64,000 nt of DNA from the NCBI GenBank assembly GCA_964022095.1, contig CAXHZO010000001.1, positions 96,001 through 160,000 of the forward strand, read 5' to 3'. Below, piece by piece: positions 18,357 to 27,880 of this stretch. This DNA comes from an uncultured Arcobacteraceae bacterium (GTDB lineage: Bacteria > Campylobacterota > Campylobacteria > Campylobacterales > Arcobacteraceae). A model generated the notes under the pieces. It was not told the origin of the DNA, ran no database searches, and saw nothing but the letters and a program-made list of their open reading frames with translations. Numbering within the stretch: the stretch's first letter is position 1; each line of letters starts with the position of its first letter. The position numbers and the translations under genes were made by a program.

Positions 18357-19503
18357 AAATCTCTTCAAGATCTTTTATAATCGCTTCATCAAACTTATTT
18401 TCACTTGATTCAAACTTTAAAAGATCAATTGCATCATTGTGAGTATAAGCTTGTCTATATTCTCTATTTTCTCTTAATGAATTATAGGCATATAAAGTAG
18501 CTAACAATCTATCTTTAAAAGCTAAGTCTTTTCCTTCTAAAGAGTTTACATATCCACTACCATCTAATCTTTCTTGAACTTTAACTGCCCATGAAGTGAT
18601 ATCTGCAAATCCAATTATATTTGATAGCATTTTTTTCGTATAGTATGGATATGCTTTTATAGTTTCTATTTCAAATAAATCTAAAGGCTCTTTTTTATCT
18701 AAAATATTTCTACCAATTGATAGTTTTCCTATATTTGATAAACCTGCAGCTGTTAAAAAAGTCATCTTATCTTTATGGTCAAACTCATAAAAATCAGATA
18801 CTAAACTACAAACATCTAAAAACCTTGAACTAAAATTTTCTAATAAATGAAAAACTCTAGTGATTTTTACTAGCTGTTCAAAATCTAAAGGTGCAGTATA
18901 ATCTTCAAATGAAGAATAAATAAGAGCCAATGTATCAGATTCATTAAACATATCTTCCCAAAAAGATATATCATTTACGCACTCAAAAAACTTATCTACT
19001 AAATCTTCTGAAAATATATTTCCAATTCCTGCTTTTACAAACTCAACTGCTTCAAATCTCTTTTTAATATTTTTTGTTCCTAAATCAAACTTATCATCTA
19101 AACTTTTAGCTAAATAAATTATCTGAGAAAATAATGGTATTTCATCACCTTTTAACTCAAAAGGTCCAGAACCATCATAATTCTCTTTTTGATAAAGTAA
19201 GATATTTTCTTTTTCAGTTTGAAATACAAAATCTTTTACACTTTCATTTGCTATTTCACAAAAACTTTTTTCATTAAAACATCCACTTAATCCCAAATTA
19301 CTAGCTAATGAATAACTACATAAATCTGATAATTCTTTTGCGTCAAGTTCATATTTTATTCCAATACGCAATGCAATATATGCCACTCTTTTTCCATGTC
19401 CCATAGAAGTACCCACTCTGTGATACTGCATAAAATCTAATGCCATATTTGTTGAGAGTAAAAAATTATTCATATTAAATTTAATCTGTTTTTTCTTATC
19501 CAT
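18343..19503 (-). CDS. Tandem HD-GYP-like protein with degenerate metal sites
   Basis: HGKRVAY, ENYDGSGP..GDEIPLFSQII, IGKL, ERLDGSGY, ENREYR motifs. Confidence 0.85.
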   Translation of the reverse strand: MDKKKQIKFNMNNFLLSTNMALDFMQYHRVGTSMGHGKRVAYIALRIGIKYELDAKELSDLCSYSLASNLGLSGCFNEKSFCEIANESVKDFVFQTEKENILLYQKENYDGSGPFELKGDEIPLFSQIIYLAKSLDDKFDLGTKNIKKRFEAVEFVKAGIGNIFSEDLVDKFFECVNDISFWEDMFNESDTLALIYSSFEDYTAPLDFEQLVKITRVFHLLENFSSRFLDVCSLVSDFYEFDHKDKMTFLTAAGLSNIGKLSIGRNILDKKEPLDLFEIETIKAYPYYTKKMLSNIIGFADITSWAVKVQERLDGSGYVNSLEGKDLAFKDRLLATLYAYNSLRENREYRQAYTHNDAIDLLKFESSENKFDEAIIKDLEEIFKES

Positions 19504-19587
19504 AAAATAAATTCCTGTTATTAAAACTATTACTTATATAAAAGTGTTTTTCTATTATAATATTTTATTATAATAAAGGAGAGATAA

Positions 19588-20508
19588 ATGTTAAAAAAAG
19601 TTTTGATTTCACTAATTCTAACTTCAATCTACACATTTGCATTTGATTATAACTTAAAACCCACAAAAGTTTCAAATAGTGTATGGTGTTTTTTTGGTGA
19701 ACTAAATATGCCACTTAAAGAAAATGGTGGATTTATGTCTAATAGTTGCTATATAAAAACAGATGATAGTTTTGTATTAGTAGATACTGGTGCTAGTTAT
19801 GAATTTGCAAGACAATCATATGAACAAATGAAAAAAATTGCTGACTTACCTGTAAAAAATGTCTTAATCACACATAGTCATGATGACCACTGGTTAGGTA
19901 ATAATTTTTACAAAGAAACTTTTAAAGCAACATTATATGGTCCAAGTTTAATTAATAAAAACTATAACAAAGACTCAAAAACAAGAATGCATAATGTACT
20001 ATCAGAAGAGACTATAAAAGGAACAAAATTTGTTTCAATAGATAAAGAAGTTACTAATGCAAGCAATTTGAAAATAGGAAATAAAAGTATAATGATTGTA
20101 CCAATTGGAGTTAAAGCTCATACTTCTGAAGATTTATATGTTTTTTTAGAAGATGAAAAGGTTCTATTTTCAGGTGATATGGTTATGAATGGAAGAGTTA
20201 CATCTTCAAGAGATGGCTCAGTTATTGGAATGTTAAAAGCCCTAGATATTATTAATAGTAATAAATGGGAAGTATTAGTTCCTGGGCATGGAACAAACAC
20301 TTCAAAAACTGCAACAAAAGAAATTGAAGATTACTTTACTTTATTAAAACAAAAAATTTTAGAAGCTATTGAAGAAGATATTGGTGCAGATGAAATAACA
20401 AAAGTTGTAACAATGGATGAATATAAAGATAAAGCTTTATATGATCAATTAAATAGTAGAAATGTATTTGATGCTTTTAGAGAGTTAGAATTTTATGAAG
20501 AAGAGTAA
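19588..20508 (+). CDS. soxH: SoxH-like periplasmic MBL-fold metallo-hydrolase
   Basis: THSHDDHWLGN, AHT, FSGD, VPGHG motifs; next to the sox cluster. Confidence 0.75.
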   Translation: MLKKVLISLILTSIYTFAFDYNLKPTKVSNSVWCFFGELNMPLKENGGFMSNSCYIKTDDSFVLVDTGASYEFARQSYEQMKKIADLPVKNVLITHSHDDHWLGNNFYKETFKATLYGPSLINKNYNKDSKTRMHNVLSEETIKGTKFVSIDKEVTNASNLKIGNKSIMIVPIGVKAHTSEDLYVFLEDEKVLFSGDMVMNGRVTSSRDGSVIGMLKALDIINSNKWEVLVPGHGTNTSKTATKEIEDYFTLLKQKILEAIEEDIGADEITKVVTMDEYKDKALYDQLNSRNVFDAFRELEFYEEE

Positions 20509-20520
20509 TTACTCTTCTTC
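20497..20520. repeat. Perfect 24-bp palindrome formed by two abutting convergent gene ends
   Basis: gaagaagagtaa|ttactcttcttc. Confidence 0.9.
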
Positions 20521-21291
20521 AATTAATTCAATAATTGCATTTACAGATGCATCTGTCATATCTAAATCTAAGTGCGGTGCACCTTTTGCTTCAATAAGTT
20601 TTACATTGAAGCCTTTATCTTTTGCTATTTTATAAAAATCTTTTGTAACTTTTGGTTTTGAAATCTTATCTTCCGTTCCATATACTAAAGCTATTTTTAC
20701 ATCTTTTGAAACATTGTCAAGTACATCAACAACTGAAATTAAATCTTTTGCACCTTTTTCTTGACTTGCAAAAAAGTTCCCACCAGCACATAAAAGATTA
20801 TTAACTACATCTTGTTTTATTCCAAGTAGAGTTGAACCCATTGAACACCCTGCACTATGGCCTACATATGTTACACTAGAAGCTTCAAATTTCTCTTTTA
20901 ATGAAGCAACTAACTCACTTAAAAACTCGATGTAAGCTTTATTTGCAGATAAGTTATTTGCACCTTCATGACTTAAAGCTGGAAAATTATTAGTTGAAGA
21001 GTTTGAATATCCAGGAAGTGCAACCGCTACTGTTGTAACATCTGTTTGAAAAGCAACACTTTCTGCAAATGGTGCATATCTTCCTAAGGTATTTGTTCCC
21101 TCATCCCAAGTTCCATGAACAATAATAGTTAAAGCTTCATCAGTATCACCTTCATAAGCTTTATACTCAATACACTCTCCACCAGCAAAAATAAAGTTCT
21201 CACCTTTAGTTGAGCACTGTTCTTTTGTTATTGTTGCTGCACTTAAACTTAAACCTAAAAAAATTGATATTAATAAACTTTTTTTAAACAT
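20509..21291 (-). CDS. Exported alpha/beta hydrolase
   Basis: Signal peptide, VHG, GHSAG nucleophile elbow, YGTED, APH. Confidence 0.85.
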   Translation of the reverse strand: MFKKSLLISIFLGLSLSAATITKEQCSTKGENFIFAGGECIEYKAYEGDTDEALTIIVHGTWDEGTNTLGRYAPFAESVAFQTDVTTVAVALPGYSNSSTNNFPALSHEGANNLSANKAYIEFLSELVASLKEKFEASSVTYVGHSAGCSMGSTLLGIKQDVVNNLLCAGGNFFASQEKGAKDLISVVDVLDNVSKDVKIALVYGTEDKISKPKVTKDFYKIAKDKGFNVKLIEAKGAPHLDLDMTDASVNAIIELIEEE

Positions 21292-21313
21292 TTCTTTCTC
21301 CTTGAATTTAATA

Positions 21314-21751
21314 TTAATAAGCAGTGATTCCTATAAATCCATCTACTTGTCTTTCGATTACCTCTACAATTCCTGCTTGTGTGTAATCAATCCCATCAAT
21401 AAAATCATCTTCTGTCCACTTCATAGTTTCCATTGTATTTCTACAACCTATAAATTCAACATCGTATTCCATAAGAGATTTTATTCTTGCTAATGTTCTT
21501 TCATCGTAATCTTTTTTTAAAACTCTCATACCTTTTCCATATGCAACTACAACTATTTTTAAAGACTCAGCTGGATACTCTTTTAAAATATTATACATAG
21601 AACCAATAGTATGACTAACCGTATCTAAATCACCAACACTTAGTGAATAAACAACTTTTCGAGGTTGATCAAAACTTGGTTTTGGTTCTGCAAACTCGGC
21701 ACTTAAAAAAGTAAATAAACCAATAAACATAACTAATATAATTTTTTTCAT
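21314..21751 (-). CDS. Exported DsrE-family protein
   Basis: VVAYGKG, FIGCRNTM, AGIVEV motifs; signal peptide. Confidence 0.85.
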   Translation of the reverse strand: MKKIILVMFIGLFTFLSAEFAEPKPSFDQPRKVVYSLSVGDLDTVSHTIGSMYNILKEYPAESLKIVVVAYGKGMRVLKKDYDERTLARIKSLMEYDVEFIGCRNTMETMKWTEDDFIDGIDYTQAGIVEVIERQVDGFIGITAY

Positions 21752-22200
21752 AATTCTTCCTTAATTTTTACAATAGATTCATTAGTGATAATACCACCAC
21801 TAAGTATTTTACAATATAAACCTCTATGAGCTCTTAATAGTTTAGGTAATTCTTTAGCAAATACACTTAAGTGATTACAAACCGTACATACTTGTGTAAT
21901 TTGTATTTTTGTGTCACCTATATAAAAGCTATTTCCCACTTCATAATCGTGGGGATCAAAATCTACTAAAATATTCTCACCAAGGGAACCTTGAACTAAC
22001 TCTATGCCATTTTTTTTTGCTATTTCATAAGACTTAAGTCCTACTATCATAACTGTTTGCTCTAAATTCTTTTGTGCAAACTTATCATGTTCGATTCCAA
22101 AACCAACTATTAAGTTTAGTTTTTCTACCTTTGGTCTTGGAAGTCCACTGCTATTTTTATCAGCACTAAAAGTCTGTATAACTTTTCCTATATTTTTCAT
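21748..22200 (-). CDS. MOSC domain protein
   Basis: GSLGENI, QVCTVCNHL, RGLYCKILSGG motifs. Confidence 0.85.
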   Translation of the reverse strand: MKNIGKVIQTFSADKNSSGLPRPKVEKLNLIVGFGIEHDKFAQKNLEQTVMIVGLKSYEIAKKNGIELVQGSLGENILVDFDPHDYEVGNSFYIGDTKIQITQVCTVCNHLSVFAKELPKLLRAHRGLYCKILSGGIITNESIVKIKEEL

Positions 22201-23019
22201 CTATTTGATATTTTCTTTTAAAATTTCTTCAAAGTCAGACTTTGTCCAGCTTCCAGGATATTGTGTTATAAACTCACCATTACTATTTAAAATAAAAAAA
22301 GATGGAGTGATTTTTTTATATTTTTCCACTAAATTAAAAGGTAAACCTTTTTCTTCTACATCTACTTTAATGTATAGATAATTTTTATCAATTTTTTGTT
22401 TTATATCTTTATGACTTAAAACATTTTTCTCCATCTTTTTGCAATAATAGCAATCTTGTACAGTTGCATAAACCATAATAAGTTTGTCATCTTTTTGTGC
22501 ATTTAATATAATTTCATCTTCATTAAAATCGCTATTTAAAACTACTTCATTTTTCTTTGGAAGATTTTGTTTATACTCCATAAAAAAATATGAAAGATTT
22601 ATATAATCATCATCACTTAATAAACCTTTCATAGAAGTTTTTGTCTCATAATATTTTAAAATATGATCATCACAAATAGAATTAAATCTATCAGGCTTTT
22701 GTAAGTATGATTTTAGAAACTCTTCAATTTCTATTTGTCTCATTTCAATATCTTCAGGATCTCCAATTTTTTTTGGACTATCCATAATTGCATAGGCTAA
22801 CATATTAACTGTTGGTGCTTTTAAGTTTAAAAGCTTATTACCTTTATCAAAGAAATTATCTTTTAATTTATTAATTTCTATATGTGAACTATGGCAAGAT
22901 GAACATTTAGATTCAAAAACTTTTTTTCCTTCTTCATATTCACTTGAAGCAAAAACATTAAAAATAAAAAATGAAGTAATAAATAGTATTTTTTTTAGCA
23001 AGTAAGCACCTTTTTTCAA
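22201..23019 (-). CDS. Cytochrome c plus thioredoxin-like (SoxW-like) fusion protein
   Basis: CSSCH heme motif N-terminally; CYYCKKM and ITPSF thioredoxin motifs C-terminally. Confidence 0.8.
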   Translation of the reverse strand: MKKGAYLLKKILFITSFFIFNVFASSEYEEGKKVFESKCSSCHSSHIEINKLKDNFFDKGNKLLNLKAPTVNMLAYAIMDSPKKIGDPEDIEMRQIEIEEFLKSYLQKPDRFNSICDDHILKYYETKTSMKGLLSDDDYINLSYFFMEYKQNLPKKNEVVLNSDFNEDEIILNAQKDDKLIMVYATVQDCYYCKKMEKNVLSHKDIKQKIDKNYLYIKVDVEEKGLPFNLVEKYKKITPSFFILNSNGEFITQYPGSWTKSDFEEILKENIK

Positions 23020-23056
23020 TTTAGTAAATCTTCATATAAAAACTCACTAAAAGGAA

Positions 23057-23084
23057 AAAGTATAAAGAAAAATCTTTATACTTT
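23057..23084 (-). terminator. Hairpin downstream of soxB
   Basis: aaagtataaaga-aaaa-tctttatacttt. Confidence 0.65.
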
Positions 23085-23091
23085 AATGAAA

Positions 23092-24873
23092 TTATACAAT
23101 TCCAGGGTTCCCTTTGATACCAACGATATCTGGAGTATCTACATTTAATTTTGAAATATGTTTTACATTTTTTAAGTAATTCTCAACTGTTTCCCAAACT
23201 GGTTCACCAGGTGATTTAGAACCAACTGTTGACCAACCTGCTACTTTATAAGATTTACTTGCATCAATTTTCTGACCCGTTCTAGTTAAAACAATATCAG
23301 TAATTCTCTCACCCATTTTTCCTTTTGGATTAATTTTATAAGAGATTCCACCAGTTCTAACCATATCCCCACCTTGTTGGTAGAAAGGATCTTCATTGAA
23401 TAAGTTATCAGCAACATCTTCTAAAATTAGTTTGATATCACTACCTTTAATGTCTCTTGCATATGTCTCTGGATAAGTCATTGCTGTTTGAGTCATTAAA
23501 TCATCAAATGTAATTGCTTGACCAGGAACAACTGATGTTCCCCATCTAAATCCAGGAGATAAAGAGATTTCAGCATCTTTAACTTCCATTAAAGCATCAC
23601 AAATAATCTGATCCCAAGAACCATTAAAATTACCTCTTCTAAATAAAGTAACATCAGTAGTTGCAATCTCTCTTGTTAACTCTTTTTTAAATGGAGCTCT
23701 TACATCTTCGATATATTTTTTCATAGCTGGATCTTCAGGAATTAAATCAGAGAAGATCGGTAATAATGTAAATTTAAAGTCTTTAATTTTTCCATTTTGA
23801 ATATCTAAATCAAGTACATTTAAGAATTTACCATTTGAACCTGCATTACATACATATGTTGTACCCTCTGCATTTTTAACAGGATAAGCTTCAGGAACAC
23901 CATCATGAGTATGACCACCCATAATAAAATCAATTCCAGTAACAACTTCTGCCATTTTCTTATCTGTATCATAACCATTATGAGATAATACAATAACTGC
24001 ATCTGGTTTTTCAGTTTCTCTTACTTCATCAACTATTTCTTGCATTCCTTCATCATTGATACCAAATGTCCAATCAGGAATAAATCTTTGTGGATTCGCA
24101 ATAGTAGTATAAGGGAAAGCTTGACCAATAACTGCAACTCTTGCATTACCCATTTTCTTAATAGTATATGGCTTAAAAGCATGACCTGTATCTTCATCAT
24201 AAGCTTGCATTGCTACTTCTGTTTCTTCAAATAATGCATCTTCTTTTACTTTAACATTTTGAGCTAAGAACTCAGCATCTAAAAGTTTTACGTTCTCTAG
24301 AACTTCTTCAGCTTTATAAGTAAACTCCCAATGTCCAACAGCAACATCAACACCAAGTAAATTCATAGCACCAACCATGTCTTTACCTCTTGTATATAAT
24401 GCAGTTGCACTACCTTGCCAAGTATCTCCACCATCTAATAATAAAGTTTTATCTTCACCAAATGATTTAGTTAAGAAATCAACAACAGTTTTAATTTGAG
24501 CAAAACCACCTGTTCTACCCATAGCTTGTGCATGCTTTTCGAAATCAACACATGAATATGCATACTCAAGTCTTTTATTACCTTTAATTCCATAGTAATC
24601 TAATAGTTTTTCACCTACGATATGAGGTGGCTTACCAAAATTACCATGTAAACCAATATTTACACTTGGCTCTCTAAAATATACTGGTAATAACTGAGCA
24701 TGAGAGTCAGTCATATGTAAAAATCTTGCATTACCAAACGGTTTTAATTTATAATAATCTTCTAATTTAGCATTAGAAGTATCAGTCATTCTTGTATGAG
24801 AATTAGCAAATACAGGCGCTGCTCCTAGCATTGCCATCATATAAACGAACTCTCTTCTACTTAATTTACTCAT
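23092..24873 (-). CDS. soxB: Thiosulfohydrolase SoxB
   Basis: Tat signal SRREF; HMTDSHAQL..YFREPS, DGGDTWQG, GHWEF, GGHTHD motifs. Confidence 0.96.
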   Translation of the reverse strand: MSKLSRREFVYMMAMLGAAPVFANSHTRMTDTSNAKLEDYYKLKPFGNARFLHMTDSHAQLLPVYFREPSVNIGLHGNFGKPPHIVGEKLLDYYGIKGNKRLEYAYSCVDFEKHAQAMGRTGGFAQIKTVVDFLTKSFGEDKTLLLDGGDTWQGSATALYTRGKDMVGAMNLLGVDVAVGHWEFTYKAEEVLENVKLLDAEFLAQNVKVKEDALFEETEVAMQAYDEDTGHAFKPYTIKKMGNARVAVIGQAFPYTTIANPQRFIPDWTFGINDEGMQEIVDEVRETEKPDAVIVLSHNGYDTDKKMAEVVTGIDFIMGGHTHDGVPEAYPVKNAEGTTYVCNAGSNGKFLNVLDLDIQNGKIKDFKFTLLPIFSDLIPEDPAMKKYIEDVRAPFKKELTREIATTDVTLFRRGNFNGSWDQIICDALMEVKDAEISLSPGFRWGTSVVPGQAITFDDLMTQTAMTYPETYARDIKGSDIKLILEDVADNLFNEDPFYQQGGDMVRTGGISYKINPKGKMGERITDIVLTRTGQKIDASKSYKVAGWSTVGSKSPGEPVWETVENYLKNVKHISKLNVDTPDIVGIKGNPGIV

Positions 24874-24889
24874 TGGATATATTCCTTAT

Positions 24890-25543
24890 TTATTTAGCTG
24901 CATCGCCTACAACAGTAAACCCAAGTGAAGTCCATGCTTGCATACCACCTCTGTAGTATTTGATTTTTTCAGCTGGGTATCCCATTTTTAGTAGTGCAAA
25001 TTCTGCATTTTTAACCATTCCTGGAGTTTGTCCACACCAGTATCCATTACAATATAATACTAAAGTCTTAGCTTCAGAAAAATCTAAAGTTCCATCTTCT
25101 TTTTGAACAACACCCATTTCATCTTCCATCATTTCAATAGCTGTATCTTTTTCATTGAAATTTGTAAATGGCACATTTACTGCACCTGGAATTCTAAGTT
25201 TTGCAAACCAACCTGGCTTTCTTGAATCAATTAATGCAATTGACTCATCGCTTTGAGCTTTTTTCATATACTCAACAAACTCAATTTCACCTAAAGTCTC
25301 AGTACCTTTTCCTAAACTCATTGGTTGAGGAGTACCTCTAAATGTTGTTTCATAAAGTGGAGAAATTTTGCTATCTTTTGATTGATTTCTCATAATAGTA
25401 AATGTCTCATCATTTAAAGTAATATCTACAGATTTAACACCTGGAGCTATTGGAACAAATTTTTCTCCCCCTTCAGCAAAAGATGAAGTTGAACATAATG
25501 TAGTTACAGCAGCAACAAAAGCTAATTTTTTTAACATTTTCAT
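24890..25543 (-). CDS. Exported rhodanese-like sulfurtransferase
   Basis: Signal peptide, IDSR, YCNGYWCGQTP, YYRGGMQAW. Confidence 0.88.
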   Translation of the reverse strand: MKMLKKLAFVAAVTTLCSTSSFAEGGEKFVPIAPGVKSVDITLNDETFTIMRNQSKDSKISPLYETTFRGTPQPMSLGKGTETLGEIEFVEYMKKAQSDESIALIDSRKPGWFAKLRIPGAVNVPFTNFNEKDTAIEMMEDEMGVVQKEDGTLDFSEAKTLVLYCNGYWCGQTPGMVKNAEFALLKMGYPAEKIKYYRGGMQAWTSLGFTVVGDAAK

Positions 25544-25558
25544 TATTTTTCCTTTGAT

Positions 25559-25588
25559 AAAAAAAAAGTCAAGGCAAAGCTTGACTTT
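25559..25588 (-). terminator. Intrinsic terminator inside the sox cluster
   Basis: aaagtcaag-gcaaag-cttgacttt stem with a 9-U tail on the minus strand. Confidence 0.7.
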
Positions 25589-25616
25589 AATATAAATGGT
25601 GGATAAGTATTAAAGA

Positions 25617-26051
25617 TTAATACTTATATCCATCACCTGGTATTGCAAGTCTCCAAGTAGATTTTGCCTCTTCAGCTTGTTGTAATGCTCTAATAGCAAA
25701 TTTACAAGATCTGTGAGCAGCAAAGTTAGTTTCTAACTTAGTTTTTGAAGCTTTTCCTTTAAAATCTTTAGGGTTAACTTCTTTAGCACCTGTTTTAATT
25801 GCATCTTCAACAGAAGCGATTAAACCAGAATTATTAACACCTAATCTTCTAAATTCTAAACCTTCTTTTTGTGCAATTTCATTATATTTTTTAGCAGTTG
25901 CTACTACATTTTTAATACCATTATCTTTTACACTACAAACTTTTTCAACATCTATTTTAGAATATTCAGTGGCATTTGCACTAATTAGTCCAGATGTTAA
26001 TAACGCAATAGATGTAGCTATTTTAATTGTTAATTTTTTCATAATCTTCAC
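25617..26051 (-). CDS. Exported hypothetical protein immediately downstream of soxA
   Basis: Signal peptide, two Cys, tight spacing with soxA. Confidence 0.75.
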   Translation of the reverse strand: MKIMKKLTIKIATSIALLTSGLISANATEYSKIDVEKVCSVKDNGIKNVVATAKKYNEIAQKEGLEFRRLGVNNSGLIASVEDAIKTGAKEVNPKDFKGKASKTKLETNFAAHRSCKFAIRALQQAEEAKSTWRLAIPGDGYKY

Positions 26052-26058
26052 CTCTTAA

Positions 26059-26994
26059 TTATTTTCTAATATCTGGACCGTCAACAGTCATACCATTTGA
26101 CATATATGCCATAAAATAAAGTAACTCTTTCATTTCTTTAGAAGTATTTCCTGGAGGAACTTGACCTTGATCTTTAACACATCCTGACATTCTTCTTTCA
26201 AGTGTACCTAGACCATCATTAGCTGCACTTTTAGCTGCCCATTTTAATCTGTAAACTGGGAAGTGAGAAGTTTGACCTAATAATTGAGATAAAGATTCAT
26301 TTCTAACTCTTTGACCTGCACCTTGAACGTGACAAGTAGCACAAGACATTTTTAAATATCCTCTTTGTGAATAGTAATACTCTTTACCTCTTTTGTAAGC
26401 TGCTAATGCTTCTGCACTAGGAATCTTAATATCAACTTTTTTCTCAGCCTCACCTGTAGAGTATGCAAAAAATGCTTCTAAGTGAGTAATTGGACCCTTA
26501 GTTGTTTTCCAAGCTTTTTCTCCATTTGCAGTTAAACATTCGTTAATTGCTTGTGTTAAAGAAACAACTTCATTTCTTTTTTCATCAAAATATGGATAGC
26601 TTCCACCAATTTCAGCATCAGGGAAACAGTCTTTAAATGATTTACCATTAGCAAATGGTTTTTCATATAATTCTTCACCTTTTTCTACAAATTCCTCAGT
26701 TGGTGGGAATTCTTTGATTTCATCATAAGAAGTTCTACCATTTTTTGAAAATGCATAGTTTCCTTTTGAGAAATCTTCAAATTTTAAGCCCTTCATAATG
26801 TTGTTTTTTAATTCATCATCAGTTGAATATGGGAAAAAAGTATTTCTATTTTTTTCTGCATCAGCAAATTTTGCTTCAAAATATTGAACTAATGCTTTTC
26901 TATCTTTTTCTGGTTCTGTATTAAAATCAGTAGCATTTAGCGCACAAGAAACTAGTGCAACTAAAGCTGTTGATTTAAGTATTTTTGCTAACAT
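26059..26994 (-). CDS. soxA: Sulfur oxidation c-type cytochrome SoxA (monoheme)
   Basis: CATCH heme, FPVYRLKW, RMSGC active-site Cys, GPDIRK end. Confidence 0.95.
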   Translation of the reverse strand: MLAKILKSTALVALVSCALNATDFNTEPEKDRKALVQYFEAKFADAEKNRNTFFPYSTDDELKNNIMKGLKFEDFSKGNYAFSKNGRTSYDEIKEFPPTEEFVEKGEELYEKPFANGKSFKDCFPDAEIGGSYPYFDEKRNEVVSLTQAINECLTANGEKAWKTTKGPITHLEAFFAYSTGEAEKKVDIKIPSAEALAAYKRGKEYYYSQRGYLKMSCATCHVQGAGQRVRNESLSQLLGQTSHFPVYRLKWAAKSAANDGLGTLERRMSGCVKDQGQVPPGNTSKEMKELLYFMAYMSNGMTVDGPDIRK

Positions 26995-27028
26995 GCTCTC
27001 TCCTTAGAATTTTCAAACAATAAATTGT

Positions 27029-27337
27029 TTATTTAATTTTTTTGCTATCTTCTGCAGTTGCACCTTTAAGGTCAGACCAAGAAATAGTAATTTTATCACC
27101 TTTTTTCACATCATCACCCTTGAATTGAAACTTCATATATGGGTCTTTTGATAAAAATTGTGAAGTAGATGCTTCAAATACAATCTTACCGTTAACTTCT
27201 GCTTTATAATAAGTAATAAAGTTAGCTTCTTTTTTAGCTCTTTTTGCTTCTTGGTAACTTAACATTGGGTGTTTTGATAAAGCTTTAACAGTTACAACAC
27301 CTTTTTTTAATTTTGCTTTGATTCTAGTTTTTGCCAT
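27029..27337 (-). CDS. soxZ: Sulfur carrier subunit SoxZ
   Basis: HPM, SKDPY, WSDLKG motifs. Confidence 0.93.
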   Translation of the reverse strand: MAKTRIKAKLKKGVVTVKALSKHPMLSYQEAKRAKKEANFITYYKAEVNGKIVFEASTSQFLSKDPYMKFQFKGDDVKKGDKITISWSDLKGATAEDSKKIK

Positions 27338-27402
27338 TTTAAAAATCCTTTTTAAATTCTATTTTTTATTTTTTATTGTTGTTTTGGTTTGTTGAAGTTA
27401 AA

Positions 27403-27858
27403 TCAACCACCACATCCACCGATAGTTACTTTTACAAGTTTAGAAGCTTTGTGTAATTTTCCATTAACATCTGCAACTACTGTAACAGTACCTGTTTTAG
27501 CCATTTTAATTCTAATTCCGTAATCAATAATTCCAGCTTCTGGAATAGTAAATACAGCAACTGTTGCTTCTGGATTTGCATCTTGGAATACTGCTACTTT
27601 TGAAGCTTTTAAATCAGATTCGAAAGATACAGGAATAACTGCACCATTTTCAGCGATATCTGGAGCTTTCATTTTGATTCCACCTTCAGTAGCATCAGAA
27701 GTTCCGAATAATTCTTTCATAGCTTCATCAACTTTTGTTGCAGTCCAAGCTTTTGGCTTAGTCTCTCTAAAGTTTACAGCACTTAACTGTGAAGGAGCTG
27801 CAGCAGCAACTGCTAATGCACCTAATCCTAATCCTAAAAAATTTCTTCTATTCATCAT
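27403..27858 (-). CDS. soxY: Sulfur carrier subunit SoxY
   Basis: Tat signal NRRNFL; APDIAENG; C-terminal VKVTIGGCGG. Confidence 0.97.
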   Translation of the reverse strand: MMNRRNFLGLGLGALAVAAAAPSQLSAVNFRETKPKAWTATKVDEAMKELFGTSDATEGGIKMKAPDIAENGAVIPVSFESDLKASKVAVFQDANPEATVAVFTIPEAGIIDYGIRIKMAKTGTVTVVADVNGKLHKASKLVKVTIGGCGG

Positions 27859-27880
27859 TTTAAATTCCTTTTTTATAAAT

